DNA of 64,000 nt from Nitrososphaeria archaeon (GCA_029775925.1 JARVKB010000004.1:3925-67924), one strand, 5' to 3'; numbered from the stretch's first letter, positions 9,250-19,690 are shown. Numbers and translations: made by a program. The notes: a model not told the origin generated them from the letters alone.

Positions 9250-11199
9250 TTATATTTTTCTTATAACTGGTCGTCCAATGGCTGATACTTTTATTTCTGA
9301 CCAAACGAAACCTACTTTTGGGAATATTCCATCTCTCCTATCTATCTTAATCTTTAAGTCCTCTGCACCAGATCTTTTAGCTAACTTTGTAGCTTCTTCT
9401 GTCCCCATCTTTATTGCAAAGTTTATGGCTTCTTCTATGGTTCCAAAAATATATCTTCCTGGGAATACCACATACCTATCAGGTTTTACCTCTTTTGCTA
9501 TGTACATCTCAAAAGAACCTATCACACTCCCAACAAGGGAACCTACAGCTGCTCCAACTTCATGATGTTCAGGTATGATTGCTAAAGTTCCAAGCCTTCT
9601 AGCCACTTCTGGTAAAAATAGGTAGACTGGTGCACCTATGCCTATCAATGGTATATCCAGCTTTGCTAGAACTCGAAAATCTCCATCATTATTTCCATCA
9701 GAAATCTTTCTTATTATTTCAGAGCATGCTATACATTTTTGATTTAAATCCCATTTATTTAGCTTTAACATCATCTTTTCAAATATTCTCGATACCAACT
9801 TTTCTACAATCAATTGCCATATCTTTTTTTGAAGCTCGTCAAGCGTCATTCCATTCTTTCTGGCGAAAAGGTCGGCACCCAGGATAGCAGCATCAACGTC
9901 TCCTGCAGTATAAATCCCCTTTGCATGCATGATATCTGTTGGAGTTAAGCCTATCCCAATTATGTACCCTCTCTCCATCAGGAACGAAATCAACAAATCA
10001 GCGATGGGGAAATCTGTCATATTATTGCTTATCTCAAGAAGGGTTGTTGGCTCCAGCTCTTGAACCGTCTTTAGAAACTTTTCAGACAATCCGCCTATGT
10101 TTTCGGCTTTCCGAGGTGCCTGACTGACGGTAATAAAATCTGTAGTCTTGTATTGTTCCATCTTCTTTAGTAAATTAGGAAATATTGATGCAGCAAATGC
10201 AAGAGGTATAACTCTTTGTGGACCTAAATCGATACCTTTTTCAGGATCTATATGTATCCATCCATCTCCTCCTATTCCCCAAGCATCAGCATCTACTGCC
10301 TTTACTCTTGTCTTCCAGCCTGCAATACGAACTCCGTCCTCAACCACGTGAGGGGCATTCCCTTTGGAAGTTGTTATTATCGATGTTGTACTTCCCATGT
10401 CTATTACTACGGCATCTTCTTTGCCAGCTAGGAATAGCCCACCAAGTACACTTGCTGCAGGTCCTGACTGAATTCCTTCTATCGGTCTTTCTAAAGCAAC
10501 TTCTTCATTCATAAGAGAACCGTCACCTTTTACTATCATTAAGGGTACATTCAAGCCCTTCTGATCTAATGCATCTCTTATTTCTCTTATGAGATTTTGG
10601 ACTATAGGAATTAGCCTTGCGTTAAGGACCGCTGTAACAGTCCTCTCATAAATTCCGAGCTCTGTTGCAAGTTCATATCCACAAGTGACTGGTTTTCCAG
10701 TCTTTTTCTTTATCCATTCTTTGACAGTCAATTCATGCATCGGATTTCTTACGCTAAAGTATCCTGATACTGCAAAGGAGTCAACATTTTTATTCATATT
10801 TTCAATGGTTAAGATGACTTCATCTATATCTAACTGTGCTTGTTCAACACCGTCAGGTCCATGGCCTCCTTTAACAGTCATGATTGTTGCTGCAGGTATG
10901 TCCCAAGTTTTCTCAGGTTCAAATCCAATTAAAATCAAGCCGACCTTTGCACCTTTTCCTTCAATGACAGCATTTGTGGCAAGAGTTGAAGCAAGAGAAA
11001 CCAAAACAATTTCATTCGCAGGAATACCGCTGATCGATAAAACCTTATTTATCGATTCAATGATTCCAACAGATAAATCATAATGCGTTGTCCTTGATTT
11101 TGTCTTTGCAACTATTTTCTTATCGTCCATTCTCATAATTACTGCATCTGTATGAGATCCGCCCGTGCTTACACCTATCCCAAACAATAATCTCACCAT
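9250..11199 (-). CDS. hydantoinase/oxoprolinase (HyuA-like, ASKHA) family protein
   Basis: GGSHTD, STLATNA, ERTVTAVLNA, SGPAAS, DMGSTT, TPTD. Confidence 0.9.
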   Translation of the reverse strand: MVRLLFGIGVSTGGSHTDAVIMRMDDKKIVAKTKSRTTHYDLSVGIIESINKVLSISGIPANEIVLVSLASTLATNAVIEGKGAKVGLILIGFEPEKTWDIPAATIMTVKGGHGPDGVEQAQLDIDEVILTIENMNKNVDSFAVSGYFSVRNPMHELTVKEWIKKKTGKPVTCGYELATELGIYERTVTAVLNARLIPIVQNLIREIRDALDQKGLNVPLMIVKGDGSLMNEEVALERPIEGIQSGPAASVLGGLFLAGKEDAVVIDMGSTTSIITTSKGNAPHVVEDGVRIAGWKTRVKAVDADAWGIGGDGWIHIDPEKGIDLGPQRVIPLAFAASIFPNLLKKMEQYKTTDFITVSQAPRKAENIGGLSEKFLKTVQELEPTTLLEISNNMTDFPIADLLISFLMERGYIIGIGLTPTDIMHAKGIYTAGDVDAAILGADLFARKNGMTLDELQKKIWQLIVEKLVSRIFEKMMLKLNKWDLNQKCIACSEIIRKISDGNNDGDFRVLAKLDIPLIGIGAPVYLFLPEVARRLGTLAIIPEHHEVGAAVGSLVGSVIGSFEMYIAKEVKPDRYVVFPGRYIFGTIEEAINFAIKMGTEEATKLAKRSGAEDLKIKIDRRDGIFPKVGFVWSEIKVSAIGRPVIRKI

Positions 11200-11684
11200 A
11201 TTTACAATAATCTATTCTAAACCTTGTTTTTGCTCTTTATCTAATTTTAATTTTCGTCTAAACTTTTGGTTAATGTTAAATCCTGTATCTATAAGTTTTG
11301 TTACCTGATTAGTGGCTTCGACCAACTGTCTTTTTAAGATTGTTCGATTGTTTATAACAGTTGGAAAGCAATAGGAGATGCGTAATAAGTTATAAGAAGG
11401 CATCCAATGTTGCATTTCCTTCATTTCACCGCCATTATTCGGTGATTTACGTTTGGATAACAATTATGAGTTTGCCAATTTTGCCATCTTCTCATATTCA
11501 CTAAGAGTATCATCTCCATCTGCTTTAACTAAAAATAGTCTTTTAACCTTTTTTTATAAAGATTTACTAGTGAAAAGATAAATTAGACTTTTACTCGAAG
11601 TTAAATTAAGCATAAAAATTAAGTGCAAATTTTTTGAAGCAAATATCAAAAGGGTTAATTTATTGCTATTAAAAGAACGAGCCG

Positions 11685-12392
11685 ATGATATTTACAAATC
11701 GTGAAGAACTCATAGAATTTTTAAAAGGATCGCCATTGGGTAGAATTATCTCCATAGAGCCTGATGATTGCCAATGGATGCTGGAGAGATCAACCTTAAA
11801 TGTAATTTTGAGCAAGGACAATTTTATCAAAACATTGTTTATTGGTAATATATTAGATTCTTATTTAAAAGAAGGTTCAGTTATTTATATCGACTTTGAT
11901 ACCATCTTCTCAGCATTTTTAAATCTGATTATTAAAGATACTAAATATTTGGATAATCTGCTAATTTTAAAGCCTAGCGATGGAGATAGTGAGAATATTA
12001 TGGCTTATGCCTGCTCTCTTTTTTCACCTTATATAAAGCTCATAGTTCTTGACTCAATAACAACTCTTTATTACCTTCTTAACAGTAGGGCATCTTCAGA
12101 TGTCAATAGGAAGATAGGGGTTTATCTGAGCTTATTAGAGGGCTTGGCCAATAAACTCAATATACCTATTATAGTTACAAGCATGATAAGAGCAAAGAAA
12201 TTTAAGCAAACTGAATCTTGGCTCGCTTCTCCAACAGGTGGTAGAGTTTTGTTGAGATCGAATATAGTTTTAAAATTGGATAAAATCTTTGAGCATATAG
12301 AGATCAACGTGATAAAGCATAAAAACGATGCATTTATCGGTAAAACCTTCAAAATTCCTATAATATTAAGTTGGAGTGATAATATTGGTTAA
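11685..12392 (+). CDS. degenerate RecA/RadB-like protein
   Basis: VIYID, LIVLDSI (Walker B), PTGGR; no canonical Walker A. Confidence 0.65.
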   Translation: MIFTNREELIEFLKGSPLGRIISIEPDDCQWMLERSTLNVILSKDNFIKTLFIGNILDSYLKEGSVIYIDFDTIFSAFLNLIIKDTKYLDNLLILKPSDGDSENIMAYACSLFSPYIKLIVLDSITTLYYLLNSRASSDVNRKIGVYLSLLEGLANKLNIPIIVTSMIRAKKFKQTESWLASPTGGRVLLRSNIVLKLDKIFEHIEINVIKHKNDAFIGKTFKIPIILSWSDNIG

Positions 12393-13185
12393 TACTAAAA
12401 AGATTGAATATATACCCATTCGCGTTGACATTAAGAAGGAAAGGTTCAATTTATTCCAGACGATTTTAAGTGAAGTGGAAAAGAATGGTGAAAGAATAGA
12501 AGATGGGGACGTATTGGTAATATCAAGTAAGTTCGTAGCCATGTCAGAGGGTAGAATAGTGAAATTATCGGATGTAATTCCAAGCCCTGAAGCTGAAGAT
12601 TTAGCATCAAAGATACATGTGCCAAGCAAACTTGCTGAACTAATATTAAGAGAAGCCGACTTAGTCTTTGCTGGTTTGCCTGGTTTCGCTCTAACGATAA
12701 AGGATGGTGTTTTTACTCCTAACGCTGGAATAGATCGATCTAATGTGCAAGAAGGTTGGGCGATACTTTACCCAAGAGAACCCTTTAAAAAAGCTGAAAT
12801 GCTAAGAAGAAGAATACTGTTAGAGACTGGTAAAAAAGTTGGGATAATAATAACGGATAGTAGGTTGTTGCCGTTAAGATCTGGTACTACTGGAATCGCT
12901 ATAGGCGTGGCTGGCTTTGATCCAGTTAAAGATGAGAGAGGAAGGAAAGATCTTTTCAACAACATATTAAGAGTTACTTTGCGTGCCATAGCTGATGATA
13001 TAAGTGCAGGAGCTCAATTATTAATGGGCGAAGCTGATGAAGGAACGCCAATTGTCATAGTCAGAAATAGTGGCATAAAATTGCACGATAAGCCAATAGA
13101 TTATGAACAGATGGTTGTCAATCATCATGAGTGCATTTACGTGCGAGGTTTATCTCATAAAAATATCTCTTTAATAAAAAATTAA
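12376..13185 (+). CDS. cofE: coenzyme F420-0:L-glutamate ligase
   Basis: SKFVAMSEG, NAGIDRSN, IITDS, GRKDLF, MGEADEGTP. Confidence 0.88.
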   Translation: MIILVNTKKIEYIPIRVDIKKERFNLFQTILSEVEKNGERIEDGDVLVISSKFVAMSEGRIVKLSDVIPSPEAEDLASKIHVPSKLAELILREADLVFAGLPGFALTIKDGVFTPNAGIDRSNVQEGWAILYPREPFKKAEMLRRRILLETGKKVGIIITDSRLLPLRSGTTGIAIGVAGFDPVKDERGRKDLFNNILRVTLRAIADDISAGAQLLMGEADEGTPIVIVRNSGIKLHDKPIDYEQMVVNHHECIYVRGLSHKNISLIKN

Positions 13186-13258
13186 AAGATAATTGTGTTT
13201 AAGGTTAAAGGAATACAACCGAATTACTTTTATCCAAGCCTTTTTCATTTGTTATGAA

Positions 13259-13435
13259 TTGCCTTTCGAGATAGTCTGTGATAATTGTGGTGCCTCTTTA
13301 TATTATGGGGTAGATTTAAAGTATGCCAGTAACATTTTAAAGCTTTACAATGGCAAGTGCAAAAAATGTGGTGCTTTCTTATCTTTTCGAGATTTTAAAT
13401 TAGATATAGAGCCTATAGAAAACATAGGGAAATAA
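13259..13435 (+). CDS. small zinc-ribbon protein
   Basis: CDNC...CKKC; TTG start at 13259 inferred. Confidence 0.7.
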   Translation: MPFEIVCDNCGASLYYGVDLKYASNILKLYNGKCKKCGAFLSFRDFKLDIEPIENIGK

Positions 13436-13483
13436 TAAATAAAGTGGAAATTCGTTCAAAACTCATAATTAGTAAGTGGTTTT

Positions 13484-15589
13484 ATGGGCTACACTCTGTT
13501 AATAGCTGAAAAGCCAGATGCTATGAGAAAGATAGCAGAATCTCTGGCAGAAGATGGAACACTAAAGAGATTGTCAACCAATGAGAATGTGGATTATTAT
13601 GAGTTTATAAGGAATGGAAAGAAGCACATAATAGTTGCAGCGGTAGGGCATCTCTTCAACTTAAGCCCTACCGGAAGAGGTGAATGGATCTATCCTATAT
13701 TTGATGCTGAATGGAAACCCGTTTTCGAAGTTAGGAAACAATCCAGCTTTTCTAAAAGATACTTTGAAGTGATAAGAGAAGTAGCAAAAAATGCATCAGA
13801 TTTCATTATATGTTGCGATTATGATACAGAAGGAAGCGTCATAGGCTTTAACGTTCTGAAGTTTTTATGTAAAGCTAAGGATGCAAAAAGAATGAAGTTC
13901 AGCACGTTGACAAAAGAAGAACTTATCGATTCTTATGAGAACATGTCCGATCATTTGGACTATGGGCAGATAGAAGCAGGTCTGACTAGACATTGGTTAG
14001 ATTGGCTTTGGGGTTTGAATTTGACCCGTGCATTAACTTTAGCGATGAAAAATCAAGTAGAAAAAGGGTTCAAGATTCTCTCAACAGGTAGAGTTCAAGG
14101 TCCAACATTGGCTTTACTTCTTGAGAGGGAGTTGGAGATACGAAGATTCATTCCAAAGCCTTATTGGCAGTTAGAGCTACATTGCAAAGTTGATGGTAAT
14201 GAGATATTAGCCATGCATGAAAAAGATCGATTTTGGGATAAGGGTGAAGCTGATAAAATATTAAGAGATTGTGAAGGAAGAGACGCTGTAGTTAAAGACA
14301 TAGTAAAAAGACAACATAGGCAAATGCCACCTCATCCCTTCAACACAACAGATTTACAATCTGAGTCTTACTCCCAATTTAAGTTCTCTCCATCACAAAC
14401 TCTCAATATCGCTGAAAGCCTTTATCAAATGGGAGCTATATCATATCCAAGGACTTCAAGTCAAAAACTACCTATAGAAATAGGTTATTTGAAAATACTA
14501 AAAGCTTTATCACTTTTAGAGGATTACTCTGATCTCTGTGAAGATCTTTTAAAGAAGGATAAACTAATTCCTTATGAAGGACCTAAAGAAGACCCTGCCC
14601 ATCCCGCTATATATCCAACTTCCGAAGTTCCTGATTTGAGAAAGTTAACTACTCAACAAAGAAAAATTTATGATTTAATTGTAAGGAGGTTCATGGCTAC
14701 GTTCGCTGATCCTGCTGTAAGAGAGAGTATAAACCTAACTTTAGCCATTGATGAAAATATTTTCATAGCAATGGGGAGAAGAAACGTTTCACTAGGCTGG
14801 GTAAAATTTTACTCTCCTTACACAACTCTTGAAGAGCAGATCTTGCCAGAAGTTAGAATAGGCCAAAGATTAGAGAATTTAGTGATAAATATGCTTGAAA
14901 AATGGACAGAGCCTCCAGATAGATATAGCCAAGGATCTATCATAAAAGAGATGGAGAAAAGAAATCTTGGTACAAGAGCCACGAGGGCCGAAATACTTCA
15001 AACCCTTTATGAAAGAAATTATATAACTGGAAAGAGCATAAAGGTCACAAAATTAGGTGAAACAGTCACTAACGTACTAAAAGATTTTTGCCCTAGAATA
15101 ATAAGTGAAGAGTTGACAAAAAACTTTGAGGAAGAGATGGAACTCGTAATGCAAGGAAAGAAAAATAGGAATGAAGTTATAGAAGATGCCATAGTTTTCT
15201 TGATGGAAGTTCTTAGTGAAATAAAAAGAAATGAGAGAAAGATGGGAGAAGCATTACTAAAAGGTTTAATGGAATCTAGGGAAGAAGAGAGAAGGATTGG
15301 TGTTTGTCCAAAATGCAAAGGTGAATTAAGAATTATAAGATCTAAAAAGAGTGGAAAAGTATTCGTTGGATGCAAATCATATCCTGATTGTGGAAATTCT
15401 TATCCATTGCCACAAAATACAAAGATAATTCCTTTGGGTAAATTATGTGAAAAGTGCTCAACTCCAATTATTCAAGTAAATAGAAGGGGAAAGAAACCTT
15501 TTTCAATGTGTCTTGATCCTAATTGCCCAACAAAGACAAATTCATCGTATAAGAATGTATTTAAAAATCAAAGTAACGATAATGCTTAA
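13484..15589 (+). CDS. topA: type IA DNA topoisomerase
   Basis: AEKP, DYDTEG, GRVQGP, catalytic SYPRT, C-terminal C4 zinc ribbons. Confidence 0.96.
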   Translation: MGYTLLIAEKPDAMRKIAESLAEDGTLKRLSTNENVDYYEFIRNGKKHIIVAAVGHLFNLSPTGRGEWIYPIFDAEWKPVFEVRKQSSFSKRYFEVIREVAKNASDFIICCDYDTEGSVIGFNVLKFLCKAKDAKRMKFSTLTKEELIDSYENMSDHLDYGQIEAGLTRHWLDWLWGLNLTRALTLAMKNQVEKGFKILSTGRVQGPTLALLLERELEIRRFIPKPYWQLELHCKVDGNEILAMHEKDRFWDKGEADKILRDCEGRDAVVKDIVKRQHRQMPPHPFNTTDLQSESYSQFKFSPSQTLNIAESLYQMGAISYPRTSSQKLPIEIGYLKILKALSLLEDYSDLCEDLLKKDKLIPYEGPKEDPAHPAIYPTSEVPDLRKLTTQQRKIYDLIVRRFMATFADPAVRESINLTLAIDENIFIAMGRRNVSLGWVKFYSPYTTLEEQILPEVRIGQRLENLVINMLEKWTEPPDRYSQGSIIKEMEKRNLGTRATRAEILQTLYERNYITGKSIKVTKLGETVTNVLKDFCPRIISEELTKNFEEEMELVMQGKKNRNEVIEDAIVFLMEVLSEIKRNERKMGEALLKGLMESREEERRIGVCPKCKGELRIIRSKKSGKVFVGCKSYPDCGNSYPLPQNTKIIPLGKLCEKCSTPIIQVNRRGKKPFSMCLDPNCPTKTNSSYKNVFKNQSNDNA

Positions 15590-15630
15590 AACCAAGAATC
15601 TTATAAGTAGGGTGTAGTTTAGTATTCGAA

Positions 15631-16068
15631 GTGGAAATAATGGGAATAAAAAAGATGTTTTTAGGGCTTTCCAATATAATTTTAGAAAGAATACAACAAA
15701 TAATAGGCAAGAAAAGGCTTTTTAGATTTTATAGTATGTTTGGCATAAGAAGAATAATAGAAATGGCCTACTTATTTACTTTATTATTTTTATTCGCTGG
15801 CATAATAAATGCTCTATTAGAAATCGAGACTGTGAGCAAGTATTCCTCTGAATGGTCATTAGTTCGTTCCTTTGGAATCCAAAGTTTCATGGATACCTTT
15901 TTGAACTTTTTACTGATTTCTATTGGTACTTTAGGAGTATATCTCATGTATATTGGTGGAAGAAAGACTGGTACAAGAATACCGAGCCTTTATGTTTTAT
16001 CCGGTATAATTATAATTATATTAAATATGTTCATATTGTTATTCATAATAAGTTATAAAGGTGGATAA
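15631..16068 (+). CDS. OSTC/DC2 (OST3/6-like) membrane protein
   Basis: 3 TM with AGII...Q..(D/E)...GTLG...terminal K pattern like eukaryotic OSTC. Confidence 0.55.
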   Translation: MEIMGIKKMFLGLSNIILERIQQIIGKKRLFRFYSMFGIRRIIEMAYLFTLLFLFAGIINALLEIETVSKYSSEWSLVRSFGIQSFMDTFLNFLLISIGTLGVYLMYIGGRKTGTRIPSLYVLSGIIIIILNMFILLFIISYKGG

Positions 16069-16117
16069 ATTTTCAATTGATAATGTATAAAAATGACGAT
16101 TTTTTATAATTAATAAA

Positions 16118-16357
16118 ATGAAGATATTTACTAAAGAAGAATTAAAAGAATACAATGGTAAAAATGGAAAGCCTGCATACATAGCATATAAAGGTAAGGT
16201 CTACGATGTAACTGAAAGTTACCTTTGGGAAGGAGGGGAACATCAATCTCAACACCTTGCAGGGAAGGATCTGACCATTGAGATTGAATATGCCCCTCAT
16301 GGTGTGGAGGTCTTAGAAAGGTTTCCTATAGTTGGAGAGTTAAGGGATGGTAAATAG
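16118..16357 (+). CDS. cytochrome b5-like heme/steroid-binding protein
   Basis: FTKEELKEYNG, GKVYDVT, GEH, APHG. Confidence 0.9.
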   Translation: MKIFTKEELKEYNGKNGKPAYIAYKGKVYDVTESYLWEGGEHQSQHLAGKDLTIEIEYAPHGVEVLERFPIVGELRDGK

Positions 16358-16385
16358 CTATAAAAAGTTAATATATTGATTGCTC

Positions 16386-16682
16386 TTAAGTAGAGTTCTC
16401 TTTTATACCAGTTATCTTTTGCCATAATTTGTGATGAGCATAGGCTTTTTCTCTGAATTCTTGAGCAATATCTTGATACCCTTCTTCCATAAAGGCATTG
16501 CTTTCTTCCATCTCATAAGCTATTAGGAAGGATAGGGCATCGGCTATGGCGTTTTTCTCTTCTTCAGTCAGTCTTTGTAACTTTATCTCTGGCATCTTAA
16601 TCTTACTCATTTCTTCTCGAATCTTTCTCAACTTTTCCTTTTTAACTCTCATTGGCTCATACCTCCAATTAATGATAATCAC
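16386..16682 (-). CDS. hypothetical protein
   Basis: 98-aa charged helical ORF. Confidence 0.55.
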   Translation of the reverse strand: MIIINWRYEPMRVKKEKLRKIREEMSKIKMPEIKLQRLTEEEKNAIADALSFLIAYEMEESNAFMEEGYQDIAQEFREKAYAHHKLWQKITGIKENST

Positions 16683-16697
16683 AAATAAACCGTCTCT

Positions 16698-18074
16698 TTA
16701 ATCCATCGATCTAATATATTTGACAATAAAATCTCTTTTTTCAATAGCCTTTTTCACACTCTTCTCGACTTTAATCTTTAACTCTTCAAGATCATAGGGA
16801 GCATCTTCCCCCACCACCTTTTTAATCCTTGTGTAAGCAGACTCTCTGAACTTTAAGTTCAAATCTTTTTCTCCTTCTGAGGTCATCAAAGTTACCTTAG
16901 GTGTGCCTTTCTCGACAAATCCAATCTCCTCTATTTTTACTCTGGCTTTCCTAACTTCTGCCATTATATCCTCAACATAATCTTCAGGGACAAAAATCAT
17001 TAAAGCGTCTAAAGAAACTCCAAGGTAGTCTATGCCCTTGCTTTCCAGCAAATCTAAAACTTTAGGGTTGACTAAACTCTTAATTTCTTTTTCGTAAAAA
17101 TAGAGTGCTGTGTTCGATAGCTTTGACATCTCATTCGCATCCCCTCTTATACCACCATTTGTAACATCTGTCATTGCACAAATTTTTCCTATTAAACCTG
17201 AGTTCAATAGCGCTTTACATGCCTTTACAAATTGGACATTCAAAGTTTCTAAGACCACGTCATGCCTCCCTGAGTATATGGCTGATGTGCAAATCGTTCC
17301 GCCACCAGCACCCTCTGTCATAAGTATGATATTGCCTGGCTTTACTTTATGCCTTGCAGCAAGCATAGATGAGTCTTCGGCTATGCCAAAAGCGCCGACA
17401 CAACCAGTCATCCTATCGCCTATGACCATATCTCCACCAATCCTTAAGGTGCTTCCTGTCAAGATTGGAATCTCGGTTAGCATTGATACAGCACTGACCC
17501 CTGCCTCAAAATCAAATAGTTTACCAACATCACCATCATCAGCAAGGTGAAGATCTATGAGCATGCCGATAGGTCTTGCTCCTTTGACATAAATATCTCT
17601 TAAAGTGGCTCTAGATGCATGGAAGCCAGCTAGGAAAGGAAAATCGCTAAGCCTTGAGTGCATACCATCTACAGCAGCGACTAAAACTCTACCATTAACT
17701 TCGATAGCCCCTGCATCATCATGATAAATTGGATGCAATAATACTCTTCTATCAGAAGGTTTGCCTGCTATCTCCGCTAATTTTTTATGTATAAAAAAAT
17801 CTCCCTCTCCTCTCGAGCCAACGCCCATAAGTCCCATGCTAACCCCTGATTTAGGATAATTTAATACTGGTCTCAAAATGTTTGATTCAGGAATGATATT
17901 TGAATCTTTAACTTCCTCGATGATAGCATTAGCTAAGCATTCTGCAGATTTTTTACTTAAATTATCCTTATAGGTTAATATCTCATTTATTAACCTATTC
18001 TTCACTTCTTCTATACTCTTTCTCTTCGCTATCAGCTTTCTAGTTAAACCTTCAAGATCAGACAAAAGAATCAA
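16698..18074 (-). CDS. AIR synthase-related (HypE/SelD/PurM superfamily) protein
   Basis: GVGSRGEGD, DGMHSRLS, DVTNGG. Confidence 0.85.
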   Translation of the reverse strand: MILLSDLEGLTRKLIAKRKSIEEVKNRLINEILTYKDNLSKKSAECLANAIIEEVKDSNIIPESNILRPVLNYPKSGVSMGLMGVGSRGEGDFFIHKKLAEIAGKPSDRRVLLHPIYHDDAGAIEVNGRVLVAAVDGMHSRLSDFPFLAGFHASRATLRDIYVKGARPIGMLIDLHLADDGDVGKLFDFEAGVSAVSMLTEIPILTGSTLRIGGDMVIGDRMTGCVGAFGIAEDSSMLAARHKVKPGNIILMTEGAGGGTICTSAIYSGRHDVVLETLNVQFVKACKALLNSGLIGKICAMTDVTNGGIRGDANEMSKLSNTALYFYEKEIKSLVNPKVLDLLESKGIDYLGVSLDALMIFVPEDYVEDIMAEVRKARVKIEEIGFVEKGTPKVTLMTSEGEKDLNLKFRESAYTRIKKVVGEDAPYDLEELKIKVEKSVKKAIEKRDFIVKYIRSMD

Positions 18075-18353
18075 TATTGAATGAGTTTACCTTGATTTAT
18101 ATATTATTGTATTAAACTCTGAACTTTACATGACCTAATTCTTATTACTAATTGATTTACATAAAATTTAAAATCTAGAATCAGCTACCTTCCATACCTT
18201 TTTGATTAAAATGATTCGAGCTTTAGCTTGGAGAGTAGCTAAAGTAAGCTTTTTCTAACGATCCTTACCAATCATTAAAATTTTTATGCTGCCTCATCTT
18301 ATACTTACATAAAATTTAACTACTAGTCTTATTTGAGCCTTCGATGAATTTTT

Positions 18354-19388
18354 ATGGGGAAAAGTGTTGCGTTGATACGTGGGGATGGTACAGGACCAGA
18401 GCTAGTAAATGCTATGATAAAAGTTCTGGAAGCGAGTAAGGCTGATGTAGAGCTCATCCCATGTGATGCGGGACTGGAATGGTGGGAGAAGCATGGAGGT
18501 GATTCATTCATACCTCCTGAAACTTGGAAGATACTTGAAAAATCAGCCGCCTGTTTTAAAGGTCCCACAACAACTATACCGAAGCCAGGGACTCCAAAGA
18601 GCGTTGCAGTAAGTATCAGGCAAAGGTTCAATCTTTTCGCAAATGTTAGACCTATAAAGACATTTCCTAATATAGTTGGTCCTCTCGGTGCTGTAGACTT
18701 TATATGTGTTCGTGAAGCAACAGAAGGTCTCTATACAGGCATAGAATTCCGCTTTGATGATATCGCTATTGCAATAAGGAAGATCAGTAAGAAGGCCTCT
18801 GAGCGTGTAGCAAAATATGCCTTTAATTTAGCGAGAGAAAAAGGTTGGAAGAACCTAATAGTAATAACTAAAGCTAACATAATGAAAGAGACTTGTGGAC
18901 TATTCAGAGAAGTTGTAGGGGAAGTTGCAAAACAGTACCCTGAAATTACTGTAGAGGACTATTTTATAGACAATTTCGCTCAACAACTCATAAAGAACCC
19001 TCAAAGGTTCAATCAGAATGTAATCTTGAGCACAAACCTATTTATGGATATAATATCCGAGGAAGCTTCTGCTCTTATAGGAAGTATAGGGTGTGTATAC
19101 TCTGCCAACATAGGCGATAATTATGCCATGTTTGAGCCAGCTCATGGCAGTTCACCAAAGTATAAAGGGATGGATAAAGTAAACCCGACTGCTACTATCC
19201 TTGCTGGTGCATGGATGTTAGACTATATTGGTGAAAAGGAAGCTTCCAAAGCAATTTTTAAGGCTACTGAAGAAATAATATCTGAGGGTAAAACCTTAAC
19301 CTATGATTTAGGTGGTAATGCAAAACTATCTGAAATGGCTGGCGCTATAGCTCAAAGGACCAAAGAGATCATAAATAAGATTAGATAA
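18354..19388 (+). CDS. isocitrate/isopropylmalate dehydrogenase family protein
   Basis: GDGTGPE, FANVRP, KAN, NLFMDIIS, EPAHGS. Confidence 0.93.
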   Translation: MGKSVALIRGDGTGPELVNAMIKVLEASKADVELIPCDAGLEWWEKHGGDSFIPPETWKILEKSAACFKGPTTTIPKPGTPKSVAVSIRQRFNLFANVRPIKTFPNIVGPLGAVDFICVREATEGLYTGIEFRFDDIAIAIRKISKKASERVAKYAFNLAREKGWKNLIVITKANIMKETCGLFREVVGEVAKQYPEITVEDYFIDNFAQQLIKNPQRFNQNVILSTNLFMDIISEEASALIGSIGCVYSANIGDNYAMFEPAHGSSPKYKGMDKVNPTATILAGAWMLDYIGEKEASKAIFKATEEIISEGKTLTYDLGGNAKLSEMAGAIAQRTKEIINKIR

Positions 19389-19399
19389 GAAAATTCAGA

Positions 19400-19678
19400 T
19401 CAATAAACTATCTCAAAATTTGTAAAATTACCTTCATACTTTTCCCATTTGACATCAACATTTGTTACTTGGGCTCTCGGAGGTCCTACTTTGCACCACT
19501 CTAACATCTTTAAAACTTTGTCTTTATCTCCCTCAAAAATTGCCTCAACTCTTCCATCTTCAAGATTTCTGACATATCCTTTCAGATCGAGCTTTAGAGC
19601 CATCTTTCGTGTATTAGATCTAAAGAAGACTCCTTGCACAAAACCTGAAATATAAACATGAGCTCTGACTTTATCCAT
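19400..19678 (-). CDS. acyP: acylphosphatase
   Basis: GFVQGVFFR, GYVRNLEDGRVE. Confidence 0.95.
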   Translation of the reverse strand: MDKVRAHVYISGFVQGVFFRSNTRKMALKLDLKGYVRNLEDGRVEAIFEGDKDKVLKMLEWCKVGPPRAQVTNVDVKWEKYEGNFTNFEIVY

Positions 19679-19690
19679 TATCGATCTAAA

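Noticed and set aside
11212-11463. 83-aa ORF upstream of the hydantoinase-like gene
   Set aside because: No recognisable motif or start signal; probably spurious or decayed DNA
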